Below are positions 29,693-43,733 of a stretch of DNA of 64,000 bases, piece after piece. The first letter of the stretch is position 1. The number at the start of each line of letters is the position of its first letter. Location: NCBI GenBank assembly GCA_027604505.1, contig JADIIX010000022.1:62001-126000 (forward strand). The letters are read 5' to 3'. The notes under the pieces were generated by a model. The model did no database searches. It was not told the origin of the DNA and saw nothing but the letters and a program-made list of their open reading frames with translations. The position numbers and the translations under genes are program-made. The DNA is from Gonapodya sp. JEL0774 (taxonomy: Eukaryota).

Positions 29693-32421
29693 TCATGCCA
29701 ACCGGTGCTTGGTGCGTGTGCCGATATGGAGGGCGTATATTGCACCAACAATCGCCAAGAACAGGAAGACGAATCCGGTTCCAAAATTTTGCCAGAAGCC
29801 CTTGATGTAGCATGCGTCCGGATTTGTCCTTATTGTGAGGCCAGGAACAACCTCGACCGGAGGAGGGAAGTCGATTCCGAACCACCCTTGACCAATCATG
29901 CACATCTGTCATTGGGCATAATCGACTACGTTAAGAATAGCTAAATAAAGACTGGTCACACATTCCACTCACAGTGTATTGCAGAGGGTCCAAAAGCTTG
30001 GTCCAAGGAATGAGTTTGTTCACCGCATCAAAAGACCCACTGAACATGGAAGATGGGAGAATCATTACCACCGAGGCAATGACGACAGCGGCGCCCATGT
30101 GCGGGATGAGCGCACCGATGGCCAGAGCACAAATGACAAAGTAGACTCTGTTGATGCAAGTAACACGATTAGGTATAGGGGCAGGCAAGCCTTCAAATCC
30201 CAGCACTCACGAAATCTGGCTTCCGGCAAGCATGAAGGCGGCAGGGTTCTGGACGCCGATTGTTCCCCAATATACGAGACCATCTAATATAGTGTACAGA
30301 GTGTGGAATAGTCCCCAGACGGTAAGTCTCGCAAAGAACATGGTGGTTGGTCTGTACATGTACGCGGCTGTGTACGATAATACATGTCAGCACGATCGAA
30401 ATCGAATGTAGGGGGGGAGAAATCTTTTTTACGTACCTCGTTCTCGTTTGATAGTCAGCCGATTCTCGAGGAAAACGGGAATCGGCACCGTCATAGACAA
30501 AAATGAGAGCCCAGTGAGATAAAAGAAGACAAACCCAAAGCTATGGATTGGAAAATTAGAGGAAAACGTTCCGCGTCAGCCGGTGTATTGAGAGAGATTC
30601 GAAACAGAAAGGGATTCTCACAAGTTCGTCTGGCCAGCAAGCTTGGCGGTATCAAGCTGCCAATATATTACAGAGAACACAAGCAGAGTAGCTATTGCAC
30701 CCGAAGCTGTTCATTGTGACATTGTCAATTAACAGGTTCAATTTCGGGAGAATCATGGTATGTGAACCTCTACTCACTCCGCACGGCTATGAGAAGTTTA
30801 TCACGTATCAGCAGAATAAACGAGAGCCGAAGTAGAACGAGGAACTCCGCGAACCACCCGAGAGCGAGACTAGTTTCGATTGTAACCGCGACATTCTTGT
30901 GCTGGCTTGCCTTTGTGTCTGCCAAATCGGTGTACATCTCAGCTTTCCATTGAAAATTTAATACCTCTGCAGAGTTTTTCAAACTTACTCATGCGTACCA
31001 ATCCCACTTTACCCTCGCTCTTCTCCCAAGACCCGGAGAGCTCCTCGATCCTTTTGTTGCTCTGCTCCTCGAGCTCCGGAGTTCTCAAGTCTGGTGTGCA
31101 GATATCAAGCCAGTAGTCGCTTGGGTTCACTTTGTCTGGCACCGGGAAACCCATTTTGGTGAAGTGGTCGTGTGCTTCAGGTACCGTGCCCATGAAGATG
31201 ACCGTGCCCTTGGAGAGGATGAGTAGCTTGTCGAACAACGCTAGAATATTTTCACGGGGTTGATGGATGCTGATCATACAGATTTGCTCTTCTCGGGTGG
31301 TGATATCTGTGAAGTACCCAATCGTCAACCATTCCACAACAATATCATACCAAAGACGAAGATCTCACCTCTCAAGAATTGAACGGTGTTCAAGGCCGTG
31401 AAACTATCTAAGCCAGAAGTCGGCTCATCGAGGAAGAGGATTTCGGGATGGTTGAGCTGGAAAATGGTAGAGTCACATCAGCCAAGGTTCATATCTGGCG
31501 ACAAATATTCACACGAACCATGGAAACAGCGATCGCGAGACGTTTCTTCTGACCCGTCGAGATGCCCTTGGTGAAGCGCTCAGGGTTTCCGACAATAACG
31601 TCGCGGCATGTGGTGAGGCCCAGCTTGCGAAGAACAATAAGTGAGCGAAAGCCAGGCATCCGTAGAATCAACCTCGAACTCACCTGCTGCAAAACTTCTT
31701 CAATGCGTCTTTTCTTCTCCAGACGGGTGACATTCTTAATTTTGAACTCGGCACTGTAATCCAGAATCTCGCCCACAGTGAGGTCCCCAAAGAAACAATC
31801 CAATTGCTCGACTGACGACAAAATGTTCGCTACATGAGAGTCACTTCACCGAAAGACAGCTGAAAAAGTCTTACCGAATCCATAGAGCCATGGCCACATC
31901 GTGTGATCACGGGGTTTGGAGTTGAAGAGTATCTGGCCCTCCAGGTTGCCTTCTGCGAAACGGCCACTCAAAATATTGAGAAGCGTAGTTTTCTATTACA
32001 GGGTCAATGAAGAAGGATTGGTGACAGTGAATACAGGAGAAACATAAAATTTGAAGACACTCACGCCGGATCCGGAGCCGCCCATGACGGCGATCATCTC
32101 CCCTATAAGCGAGAATGTCAGCATCACCACTGGGTAACAATTTTCAGACGGCTAGAGCTCACCGGACCGCGCAACCCCTGACACACTTTGGAGAATACTT
32201 TTCTCCTCCCCAGTTTGCTCGGTCACAGTGTACGTGAGGTCTTTCCATCTTAGAGTGCATCGTTGCTTGCCACCCTGATATCCATGCGATTGCATCCAGT
32301 TAGTGTCAGTGTCTTCTCCCGATTGCGCGAGTGAGGAGGACTGGCTCACATTGATTTCCGCGTCCCCGTTGAGAGGAGTTGTGAGCGGAATGTCAAGAAT
32401 AGTTGATTCGGAAGAAGACAT
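29693..32421 (-). CDS. ABCG (White-type) half-size ABC transporter, NBD-TMD
   Basis: Walker A MGGSGSG|KTTLLNILSGR, signature variant GISTGQKKRLAIA, Walker B LFLDEPTSGLDSFTA, H-loop ISIHQP, then ABC2-type TM segments (PVFLENRLTIKRER, PWTKLLDPLQY). Multi-exon. Confidence 0.92.
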
Positions 32422-33441
32422 TAGAGATGTTGATGCGCGATGGTTCCGCGATCTATATATCAGAAATCTTGGGTTCTTGTGAGAAATGGTCTTGGATGGG
32501 ACTTTGGTGGTTTTATACTTGGGAGGGCATTATATATTGCGCTTTATATGTTGGTGTTCGTGGTGGCGAAAACGTCGCCTCACCCCTTCCGTGGATACAT
32601 ATTACTACTTTCGCTTTTATTGTTTGTTACCCACGTACACCCTATTGCGTGGTGGTGATACTCCTTTGAGTCGGCAACGTATTCTTCACGCGCAGCCATT
32701 TTACTGTAATCAATCAAGCCGTTGCGCTCACTTGCTGGGAAAGAGTACCGCCTCTGTTGCTGAGATGGCGGTTCTACAGGAACAAAATTGATGCCATCGA
32801 TGAAGCGTGAGATCATTGAGTAGAGTAATTCTCTGCGGGGTTGGATGTGTTGCATCCGAGAAACGTGGCACAGTCATGCAAAGGCTTCCATCCAGGCAGT
32901 CAATTATTCCACATCCGGCGTTCATACATTTTAATCCCCGCTCGATATATTCAACTATCCGCTGCGTCGTATGCGCATGTTTCTTCCAATCTTATGGTTT
33001 ACTTTCACTAACATACTACATTTACACGAAGTTGATACTGCAGCCGTGTCAGTCCCGCACATGTCGCTGTGACTTTTGCAAATCACATCATCCACGTATA
33101 TAAATCATATAGTATCCACAGCTGCCCCTGCAACACACTTTTTGCACTAAAAGATGGTATTGTATAAAGCAACTTTTTGACGGGTATGCCCCGTTGACTG
33201 AACGCCGGTAGGTCCCGCTCCTCGGTGCGTCCGACAGCCTGTTTTAAGATGATTGATATGAAAGTCCCGTGATTCGCGGTGCAGGTGGTCCGAGAGGGAG
33301 TGGGGCCCTTCTCTCGACGTTGCGAATTCCATCCCATTCGAAGCAGAGCCAATTTCCGACCAAGATGAGAAATTCGTTAGAATCTACAGGAGTGACAGGA
33401 GCATGGCGATATATCTATATTTCCCCCGAAACCCCCATGGT

Positions 33442-33996
33442 CTAAAAGTCGATGACTCTGCCCTTCCTCTCCCAGTCTCCATAACGAGTGGGCTCTGGCC
33501 CTTTAGGTCCACCCCTCTCGCCCGTGCGAGGGTTCACATCGTTCTCAAATGGCAGCAGGGGTTCCCGCTCTGCGTCGGGATGTCGTTCCTCTTGCAAACT
33601 GTCTGCCGCCGCGACAACCTCCTCATGAGATTCACCAGGCCCAAGTTCTTCCTCCCGTTCACCACGAATACCTGATGGTGCAACGAGTTGAATAGAAGGG
33701 TTTCGGTCTTCAATAAGAGCGTCCATTTCCCTCTGAGCAGCCTTGTCCCCAAGAGGAATGGGTCCAGGTCGTGAAAATCGATCAGGAGGGGACGAAAAGA
33801 CACGCGAGGGAAGGTAGGAGCAGGTTGGTGATGGGGATGGGCGGGATTGCCGAGCGATTGAAGATGGCCCGGTGGAGTAAATGGATCGGAGCGAAACACA
33901 GGAGCAATCGGAGGCAAGCTGATGATAGGTCATGACAGAGACAAGAAGATTGCGAGATGCTGAGGCTGAACAGATTGCGCGTGTGAGAACGGACAT
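33442..33996 (-). CDS. SDHAF4: Succinate dehydrogenase assembly factor 4 (Sdh8/DUF1674)
   Basis: Diagnostic C-terminus NPRTGERGGPKGPEPTRYGDWERKGRVIDF; N-terminus resembles a mitochondrial presequence. Confidence 0.92.
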   Translation of the reverse strand: MSVLTRAICSASASRNLLVSVMTYHQLASDCSCVSLRSIYSTGPSSIARQSRPSPSPTCSYLPSRVFSSPPDRFSRPGPIPLGDKAAQREMDALIEDRNPSIQLVAPSGIRGEREEELGPGESHEEVVAAADSLQEERHPDAEREPLLPFENDVNPRTGERGGPKGPEPTRYGDWERKGRVIDF

Positions 33997-34785
33997 ATTT
34001 CTCTGCTGTTGAGTGAAAGATGCTATGTTGGAGCGGTCCTGACGATGTGCGACATCTCATTTATCTTCCAGATGAACCCACGCCAGGAAGGAAGGATGGG
34101 GTCATGCAACGTCATATAATCACTTGTTGATCTAATATTGGTGAAATACATCATTATTTACTTGCCATACCTCGCAATTTCATTTGCACTCATGATTCGG
34201 CAGCACGACAATTGGGAGATTGAACCTCAACATCGGCATGACGGACACTCATGTGGAATGGCAATCACTCGAAGGCGACGAGGATCCAAATCACTGATGC
34301 CCAATCGTCGAGAACACCATCGAAAGTGGACAAAGACCACCAATGCCCGCCATCGACACATTCCATTCTCCATAACATGAAAAGATTGGGCATAGTAGTT
34401 GTATCGGATCAAAACGGCACTACTACACCCACGAAGAGAGATGAGTAGCTTCCTACACCGACATCCCGCGACAGTCTTCACCCCGCGTGAGCAGGCCTCC
34501 AACCGCCAGCAAAGATTCCTTCTCTCATCCCTCGTGAGAGGCCCGAAGACCTCTAACTGGCAACGCGTTCCGCGATAGGCGGGCGGTCGTGGCAGGGAAG
34601 ATTGGCTTTTGTTTTCAACTTGTCAAATCGCTTTATAAGCACGTGTGCACGGGCACCCGACCACAGGAGTCATACTGTACATTCCAATTTATTAGGTACA
34701 CACTGACATCTACTGTGTGTAAAGGAAAATAGAATCCCCCCAGAACGAGACAAAGCACATCCGATAGCCCCCGAAACACGTCGCA

Positions 34786-37700
34786 TCATTCCCCATCATC
34801 TTCCCCCGCAGCAGCACCTCCTCCAATCATATCGTCTAACCTCCTCTGGTCTCCTCTCACAGGATCCTTCAGCTTATGCACCCGGCATACCACTCCGTCG
34901 ATATCCACCTTAGGCTGATCTTGCGGGGTGATAAAAATGTACTGGGCTTCGGATGAACGCGCGAACTCGGACTAATCGTGAGTATTAAAGCGTTGAGATG
35001 AGGAGGAGAGTGATATGGTCAGTTTGATGATTGAATGATAGCCGCTACACTGCGCAAGTCGCTTCCGCTACTCACCATCATCTTGAGTGCCATGTTACGG
35101 TTCACGGCGTCCTACGAAGCAGAGATGGAAAGGTGCCACATTTAAACGCGAACAGATTTAGGAACGTGGGAGAGAACCCACCATGAATACATCAAACTCG
35201 TCCAGGCACCTGACAGGGCTCCCCATTGCCTCCCACATGGCCAGAAGAAGGCACACCTGCGAGAACGACTTTTCACCTCCGGAAAGCGTGGCAGGGTCTC
35301 TTTTGCCGCCGTTGGTGGTATTGTCGAGATGCGTGGAAGAGTCGGTTCGAACCTAAAACGTGCGAAAGTGACAATACACCCAAAGATTGTCAACATTCTT
35401 GTTTCGAGGTGCTTCTAATCCACCGACCCAGACGCGGTCCGAAGCCGACACTTACTTTCATTGTTAGTTTCTGCGCCTTGTGGTCCAATCTGAGGGAACC
35501 CGAGTAACCACGTTTGTTAAGCAAATCAGCAAACACCATCCGCGACCGCGCCGTGATGAAGCCGGTTAAATGGTCCAGTTTGGTCGCACGCTTGCTGTGA
35601 GCATCTGCGAGTTCCTTTTGTCGTAGAAGTTCGCAATTAAAGCTTTGAGGTGATTCTCCCGACGAAGAAAAATGAGTGTTTCACATACGTCGGAAAGTTG
35701 GCGCATTTCAACAACTTTTCTCTTAGCATCCTCGTACATCTCTTTCTTCGCTTTGAGCTTTGCTTCCACATCCGCACGAGAGCCAACACTGACAGAGTTG
35801 ATCCCAAATTAGCAAACAGAATAACGCATTCAGGCTTTGAACTTACTTCTTTTCTCGTTCCCGTAGCCTGCTTTCCGATTCCCTAATTTTCTTTTCAAGC
35901 TGCTTGGCGTCAAATTCGATATTCACCCGTTCGCACTGTGTGGAAGCTCGCTCTGTAGCTTCCTAGAGAGGGTGAACAGTCCCTTGAAGTGCGCTGGGTG
36001 CTAAGATTGACTGATAACGTGCTCACTTGTACGAGTGCTGCACGCTCATCCCGATTCTTCTTCAAATCCTTGATCATACCCTCATAATGTTCCTTCTTCT
36101 CTTCCCACTGTTTGGTCCTGGCGGCAAATTTGGTGACATCGCGATGAAGATCGTCTAGTTCACCCTGTAGACAGGGCAAAGGCAGCGTACATGTGTTCAC
36201 ACAGAGAATTTACAGAAAAAAGGGATTCGAATCTTACCTGCTTCGCGGCAGCCTCGGATTTGCGATCGTTTATGTCAGCCTTGATCTTCTCTATCTGGTC
36301 TTTCAAGGGCGGAAGCTTCTCGTTCTTCACGATAGCCATCTGCGCGACTACGTCTGGGTATTGACGTTGAAGCTCCGCGATTCTTTCTTCCCCGGCGCGT
36401 TTTTCCTCTTCGAGATTAGCCACATTTGCAGTTTCAACACGCTCAGAAAGTTCTTCCAGAAGTTCTCGCAGCTGGACTTGAAGTGAACGAATTCGAGAAT
36501 CAAGGCTGCGACATTTGACCTGTAAGGCACCGCAATTAGCTGGGTCTGGGTCAGACATGTAATAGTGAATTCGGAAACTTGCATTCTCGGCGTCACGTAA
36601 CCGCGAAGCCGATCCTCTTTCCCGCTCTATGTTTCGAAGTTCGGTTTGAATAGCGCCATACTTATGTTCCTGTTCTGCTTTGAGGTCACGCTGCAATTGG
36701 ATTTGCGCGGCTGTATCCGCGGAGAGCCGAAGTTGATTGGGGAGGTTGATAGAGCGCGTGATATTACCACCGGAACTGTTTCCGAAGGAAGGTATCTACC
36801 ATTACTAGAACAGCTCTAGAAATTCCGTGGACCTTCGAACTTACGCGCTGCCAACACTGTATCCTTCTTTACACAGCATCGACGAAACATTGCGAGGAAA
36901 CCGTTTACCATTCTTAAAGGCAAAGTCTCGTGAAAACGCCTGGCTAACGAACCGCACAAAACGGAGGGAGACGAACCCTGTCATAGACTTCCCTTGCTTC
37001 CGCACGTGTTTGCCACAAGGTCGTGGACTCAATACGGTGATTGATGATCAAATGGTTCAGTACCTATTGTGAACCGATTCCTGAAGCATCCATCGTTTGA
37101 AGCAAGTAGACGGACTACTCACGATTTGGTCCAGTACCTGAGAAAGTGCAGACACCACCAAGAGCACAATGAGCGGAACGGAGGTGGGCGCTCAGTGACT
37201 AGTGATACATACGTCAATTTCACTTAAAGTCGTGATAAAGTCCTCAGACGGGAGTCCATCTTGAAAGCGAATAGCCTCTCTGTTTCGCGTTATATAGATA
37301 CTTGCCTGACTAGAAACAAGCGTAAGACGATTGAAAAGGATTCTCAACAAACACACTCTTCGTTGACGACACTTACTATCGATATTTGCTGAACACGCTC
37401 TGGAGCACATCTCTGTCGTCTTTACAGTCCACTGCAAACGCGAAAACAGAGGGCCCAAGATTTGACTCAATCAGTGCACCCCAAGGATTCCTGGGGTTCT
37501 TCGGTCGAATGTACATTCCAAACGGCCCGATTGGTTTGCTCATCTTCCACCGGCGCTGATTGTGCAAAAGTTCAATGTCTTTCAGAATAGCAGGAAGGTC
37601 CTTGCCAAACATAGCGACACGGTTCCTGCGAGCGTCTTCGAAACGCTGAACGCTACTATCGGCGTTTTCTATCTCGGAGCGGACTTTGCTGAGATCGCGT

Positions 37701-40484
37701 TTAAGTGCATCAATGCGTTCAGTGTTCGTCTGGGCTGCTTTTGCCTGGTGATCTAATTCAGATTTAGACTAAGGATGAAGTAAATTCCACACGTCGAGAT
37801 GTTACCTTATACGTTCTGGCCAATCGAACAACTGACTCTCACCGCATTAAGTTCTTCTTTAAGATCCTGTATCTCTCTCTCAAGCTGTGCCTTCTGCTCT
37901 ACCTTCGCGTCAAGTGCGTGTCTGATACAGCCAACTGTGAGAAGACAGAACTTGTCTCGCATAGTCCCACATGCGAAGTTACCTGTTCCTTCCCGCAATC
38001 CTCTCTGTTTCTTCGTCGATCTTGCGCTGAAGGTCCTCATTGGTTCGACGTTGTCCAAGCACCTGTTCATTAATATCGCGCTTCTCCTCCTGCAAAGTTC
38101 TGTACCGCACTTGCAACTCCTTCCATTCAGATTCCAATCCCTGAGCTTGCAACTGGAGATCCCTCAGCACGGGATCATTCGTTACATCACTGGAAGCATG
38201 CTCAAATCGCGCTTTTGCTTCGTTCCATGAATCCTGCGAATGCAATTGATATGGGTTTAGACGAACTGCTCCATGACGAGGCTTCAATTCCAACAACGAA
38301 ATTTACAATTGCCTGTTGCAGCTCCAGCTCCGCAACTGTCAATTTTTTGTGCTGCTTCTCCAGATGAGCGTTAGTAACCTTAATCTCTTCTTCAGCCTGT
38401 TGAACAGCCAACCATAGCTCCTGTCGCCGCAGGTTATCAAGGTCTCGCTCCAGTTGCGCGTTCTCTTCGACTCTCTGCCAACGTTTCTTCCATGTCTGGT
38501 ACTCGTGCTTAAGCTCGCGCAGTTGCTGTGCGTTACATACATGTCAGAAAGTGGATGGTTGCGACACCAGAAATACCCAACGAACCTCATTGGCGACCGT
38601 GACGGAGTTCTTTATATCTTGAACTCCGGCCAGGAGCTGCTCGTAAGCATTTTGTAAGCCTTGCAAGCCAGTGCCGTGATGGAAGAACCGATACTTGTCC
38701 GCGTCGGTAGATTTAGTGAGGAAGTTTTTTGCAACATCTTGCTGAAGAACAGTGAGTGGATTTGCCACGTCTACAAAGTACACTGTGAAGGAAGGTCCTA
38801 TTAAACCCCTTGGCACGGCGACCTACCAATACCGTAATGATCCATGATTTGGGCTAAAGTTTCACGCTTCGTTGAAACAACGACACCTATATGACGTCCA
38901 ATCGAAGGACAATGATATCAGACGATCCGAGAAAAAAGACGCACCAAAAATTTTTGTGGAGTTCAATCACAATGCCCACCATCAGCATTCTTGATCCTGT
39001 AGGTGGTGGCTCCGGTCGGCCCAATTCGTCGCTCAATCCTTATCTTGTCTCCAAACTCCCGACGTCGGAATCCATCAGGGCCCTGGTTCCAGAGAGACAG
39101 TCGAATCTCTCCGTGGCTAAAAATGAAAAGAGTACGAACGTTAGAGAGTGTAGCAATGGATACCACAAGCTTCATTTTCCCTCCCACACCTCACTTGCGC
39201 TCAAAGTTAAAGACAAGCACCAAAATCTTCATGAAGAGCGAGGGGTCAAACTTCAAGTATCCAAAGCACACGGCGCCACTTGTCCGCCTCAGTTTTCCTC
39301 CGCTAGAACTCGCACCAACCAAGCTCCGAACACGAAAATTTTTATTCATCAATGACTCACGTGGCGCCATACGAAAGTAGCTCCTTGAGGGACCGCCCAC
39401 GGTTTGTTTGGTCGGCACGTGCTCCCAACGCGAGCATGAGAGCAGCGAGCAACGATGACTTTCCCGACCCGTTCCGACCAAAAACGAACTCGAGTCTTGT
39501 CGCAAAATCAATGCGAAGGTTTTTGTGGCAGAGAATGTTCACTAGTTGGAGCCACTCAATCGTGCCTGGGGTTCCTGCTTTTGAAAGCTACAGGAAGGTT
39601 GGCACACGGATCGATAATTATGGGCAAGCTTTCATGGGGCAGGAATAAGCCACAACAGCACTTACGTCCACATTTTTCCCCGGCATTTCCCTGGTTGGCG
39701 AAGAATCCTCGTTTTTGACTTCGTCTTCATCATCCCGTTGTTTGCGCTTCCCCTTGGGTTTTGTGGAGACGGCTTTACCCTTGCCTTTGTCAGCTGCCCT
39801 CTGCCTCTTGTGTTGACGAGTCTCTTCGCCTTCTTCTCCTTCGAATTCATCGCCGTCGCCATCCTCGAAGTCGTCCTCCTCTCGGGCACGTCGTACTTTC
39901 CGGCGGCTGGGAGCCTCCTGGTCGTAATCTCCGTCACTCTTATCTTCGCCATCATCGTGAGACGTGTCCCAGTTTTGCGTGGACTCTATTCTCATGTGCC
40001 TTTCCCGGTCCTCGTTGTCGTCGCCCCCAGCAGTGTGGAAAGATTCGTCCGATGGACCTTCACCCGAATCACTCGCATCCGGATCCACGGATCTTGCTGT
40101 GCGGTCAGTTGATGCCGACCTTCGCTTTTTCAGAGGCTGTGCAGTATGCCAGCAAAGGGGACGACGAGAACCGGACATGCAGGCAATAGCCGACATCCAG
40201 CAAAAGAGAACCAGCAGTCAGGGCAATCCATCGCATAATCAATACGAATCAATCTTGATATGGTGCATGGACGACCGCCGTTGCAGTTCCGTGAACCTCA
40301 CCTGGGCTCTCGATTCCAATTCTTTGCCGCGGTGAGAGGGAAACTCGTTTTCTTTATCCGAGCCTGGCTCCGGTAGCGCTTTCCGTTTTAGACGAAGCCG
40401 CCCGGGTCTCACGGCTTGATTCACAGATTCTTCGCCGCCGTCGTCGATCATTGTGTTGTAGGTTGGTGCGAAGACTTGCTCCAT
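34786..40484 (-). CDS. SMC6: Structural maintenance of chromosomes protein 6
   Basis: Walker [47 protein letters not shown], hinge PIGPFGMYI, long coiled coils, [49 protein letters not shown]. Acidic N-terminal extension; start tentative. Confidence 0.93.
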
Positions 40485-40782
40485 TTCCAGTGCACTGGGC
40501 AAGCCACCACATCTCGCTCACCGCTACATTTATTCATCCTTCTCGCCCTACCAGGCGTTGAGCATTATCCATCGCATTCTTAGTTTAAGATCATCTCTTT
40601 GATTGAGGTCGGTACACGAATCTCCCCAGTCGGCGAGTTCAAGCTTTGAAGTTCATATCCATGAAAATAGAGAGAAATATGCAGAGTGCATTCAATTGCA
40701 TCAATCGTGAACAATTCTAATACATCCCCCACGGCCCAATGACCTCAAATTACCCCGCTAAAGATTGGTATACGCTCGTCCA

Positions 40783-43648
40783 TTACAATCCCGCCGCTGC
40801 TTTTAATCGGCCCTCCAAGGCATCCAATTGCTCCTTCACAACAGGCGGCAGGTGCTTTCCGAACTTGGAGTGGTACTCTCGGATGGCGGCAACCTCGTCA
40901 AGGTATGATTTGGGATCAACGGTCGCCAACTCTTTCAGAACGGATTCAGAGATGGTCAAGCCTGAGATGTCGAGTGCATTCGGGCCTGGCACGTAGCCAA
41001 TGGGAGTCTCGACGCCTGCAGCAGAACCCTCAACACGTTCCACCACCCACTTAAGTACACGAGAGTTCTCGCCGAACCCTGGCCAGAGGAACTCGCGCTT
41101 GGGACCACGACGGAACCAGTTGACGTGGAAAATTTTAGGAAGGCGGGAGGGGTTGACTTTCTTGCCAATGTCGAGCCAATGTTGCCAGTAATCGCCCATG
41201 TTGTAACCACAGAACGGGAGCATGGCTAGATAACACGGCGGATGAACAGCGCCCCAGAAACCGCTAATCGCTTATTCGGAACTCACCGAAAGGATCAAAG
41301 CGAAGCTGTCCTCGGACACCTTCGGCTGCAGCCGTGACCTCGGAGGCGACACCGGAACCGATCATAACACCGTGCTCCCAGGACAGCGCCTGGAAGACAA
41401 GCGGAGTGCGGGTCTCGCGACGGCCGCCGAACACGATGGCGGAGATAGGCACACCCTTGGGGTCGTAGTAGGCCTTGTCCAGGATCTGGCGAGGTGAATA
41501 GTCTCCCATAAGTCACATAAAACGTCTTTCAATTATCCGAAAACTTCCACAAAACTCACGGGACATTGTGAAGATGGGCATGTGAAACGGGAGTTGGGGT
41601 GAGCCAAGTCTGGCTTAGGCTCGCCGCTGTCTTTGCTCCAGGTGGTACCCCTCCACGAAATTATCTTGCCTGCGGGGGGCTCTTTGGTAAGACCCTCCCA
41701 CCACACATCACCATCCTCGGTAAGGGCGACGTTGGTGTAGATTGCATTCTTGTCCATTGAGCGCATGGCGTAGAAATTGGTGTCGTCCGATGTTCCAGGA
41801 GCGACGCCGAAGAACCCAGATTCGGGGTTGATGGCACGGAGTTCACCATCGGGGCCGATCTTCAACCAAGCTGGAGACCACCAGAACAGAGTGTGTTAAG
41901 TTATGCAGTGAAATCGACCGGAGTAAATGATCTACTCACCGATGTCGTCACCAACACATTCGACCTTCCAACCAGGCAAAGTAGGGCGCAACATGGCAAG
42001 GTTAGTTTTGCCACAGGCAGAGGGGAAGGCGGCACAGATGTAGTAGCTCTTGTTCTCCGGAGAGGTGAGCTTCATGATGAGCACTAGCATGATGTTTGGT
42101 TGGTCAAAAGTGATGACTGTTCGAGTATCGCATCGCACGTACTGTGTTCAGCCATGGCATCACCTTCCTCCCGAGCGAGCCACGAACTAATACGGAGAGC
42201 CATGCATTTCTTCCCGAGTAGAGCATTACCACCGTAGCTGGTACATGATTCAGGCATTGAGTAACCAAACTCCCACTCTGTGTTCGTAAAGAGATGGAAC
42301 TCACCCAGACCCAGTAGAAATGATGGTTTTAGTTTCGGGGAAGTGAGTAATGTAACGATTGGGGATGTTGCAAGGCCAGGGAACGTCCTTCTCGCCAGGT
42401 TTCAGAGGGTGTGCGACAGTGTGGATACAGCGGACGAAGTCCTTGCCGTGGTTGAGCTCGTCAATGACTTTCTTGCCCATGATGGTCATGATCTTGGAGT
42501 TGACAACGACATAGGCGGAGTCGGTTACTTGGACGCCGAGACGGCCGATGGGGGAGCCGAGAGGGCCCATAGAGAAGGCGATAACGAACATGGTACGGCC
42601 TGTTGTGAACATCGATACACGAAGTGAGCATCCCATTTCTCAAAGCAACTCAATACACTAGTACTGAAGGCACCGACTTACCCTTCATAGCACCGTGGAG
42701 AATGGGGTCGAGTATTTTTTTCATATCCGCGGGAGATTTCCAATTGTTGGTGGGGCCGGCATCTTCGGGATCGTTGGTGCAAATGAACGTTGCAGATTCA
42801 GCTCGTGCAACATCGGCTGAGAATATTGCGAAGGAATTTCGGGAAGAGACACGATTGATGATTGAAACGCATAACGGCGGGGGCGGGGGGAGGGGGTGAG
42901 CGGCGGTATGAAATGTGGGTTTGATTGATGGCAGATAAGGTGAGTCAGAAACACGTCACCGCAAATACTTGAGTACACTTTTCTTTCCTCCTCACCGAAG
43001 AAGAAACTCACCAGGGTCTGATCTTGCGAGGTAGGAGTTGGGCCGCTTTGCCTCGTTGAGTTTGGTAAAGGTGCCCGATTTGACGAGGAGTTCCTTCATG
43101 TAAAGGTCCTCCTCATCAGTGCCATCGACGATGTAGATGCTGTCGGGCTCGAAGATCTTCTGGTACTCATGAATAAAGTCCAGAACCTTCTGGTTGGTGA
43201 CGGCGGAGACACTTGAAGGCGCCAAGAAAGATCGAAGTTTGTGTGGGTTCGGATGGAGAGACGATGGGTCAGGTAATTAGTGACTCATACACCAGGACAA
43301 GCACAGTGAGAGCAACAGCACCGAAAGGCAGGGACCGGCAAACGACGAATTCAATAATAGAGTATGAATTGAGCCTCATTCGGATGTGAAGTTATGTCCC
43401 TTGTCGACGCTGCGGATACAAAGCTGACAACGAACTTAAACTCAACTCCACGACTCGAGCACCCGTTCCAATAGAGTCTCGGATGGCTCAAGCAACGTAT
43501 CGAAACTCTAGAGAAGTTTTGTACCAACGTCCGGACTTGCACACCGCCGAACGACGACGCAAGAGATGCCGACTCGGTGTCCCCCAACGGAGCATCTACA
43601 GGACAACATCGAACAAGACACTCACGGAATGCCAGTGTGACCGGTCAT
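40783..43648 (-). CDS. PCK: Phosphoenolpyruvate carboxykinase, GTP-dependent (9 exons)
   Basis: [98 protein letters not shown] 23-nt first exon (MTGHTGIP, 43626-43648) joins through a 414-nt intron. Confidence 0.96.
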
Positions 43649-43733
43649 TGCGGAACGTGGTAAGGTGGAAGTAAAGTGGGGGAATTCTTTTGTGAATTCA
43701 GAGTTTTGCAAGAATTGCGACAGGATGCTTTTA

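Noticed and set aside
34130..34570. Short ORFs between SDHAF4 and SMC6
   Set aside because: No motifs or splice-consistent gene model.
42876..42897. G-rich run in PEPCK intron 2 (similar run near 9676-9696) as a G-quadruplex
   Set aside because: Only three clear G-tracts; it is simply the complement of a C-rich intron pyrimidine stretch.
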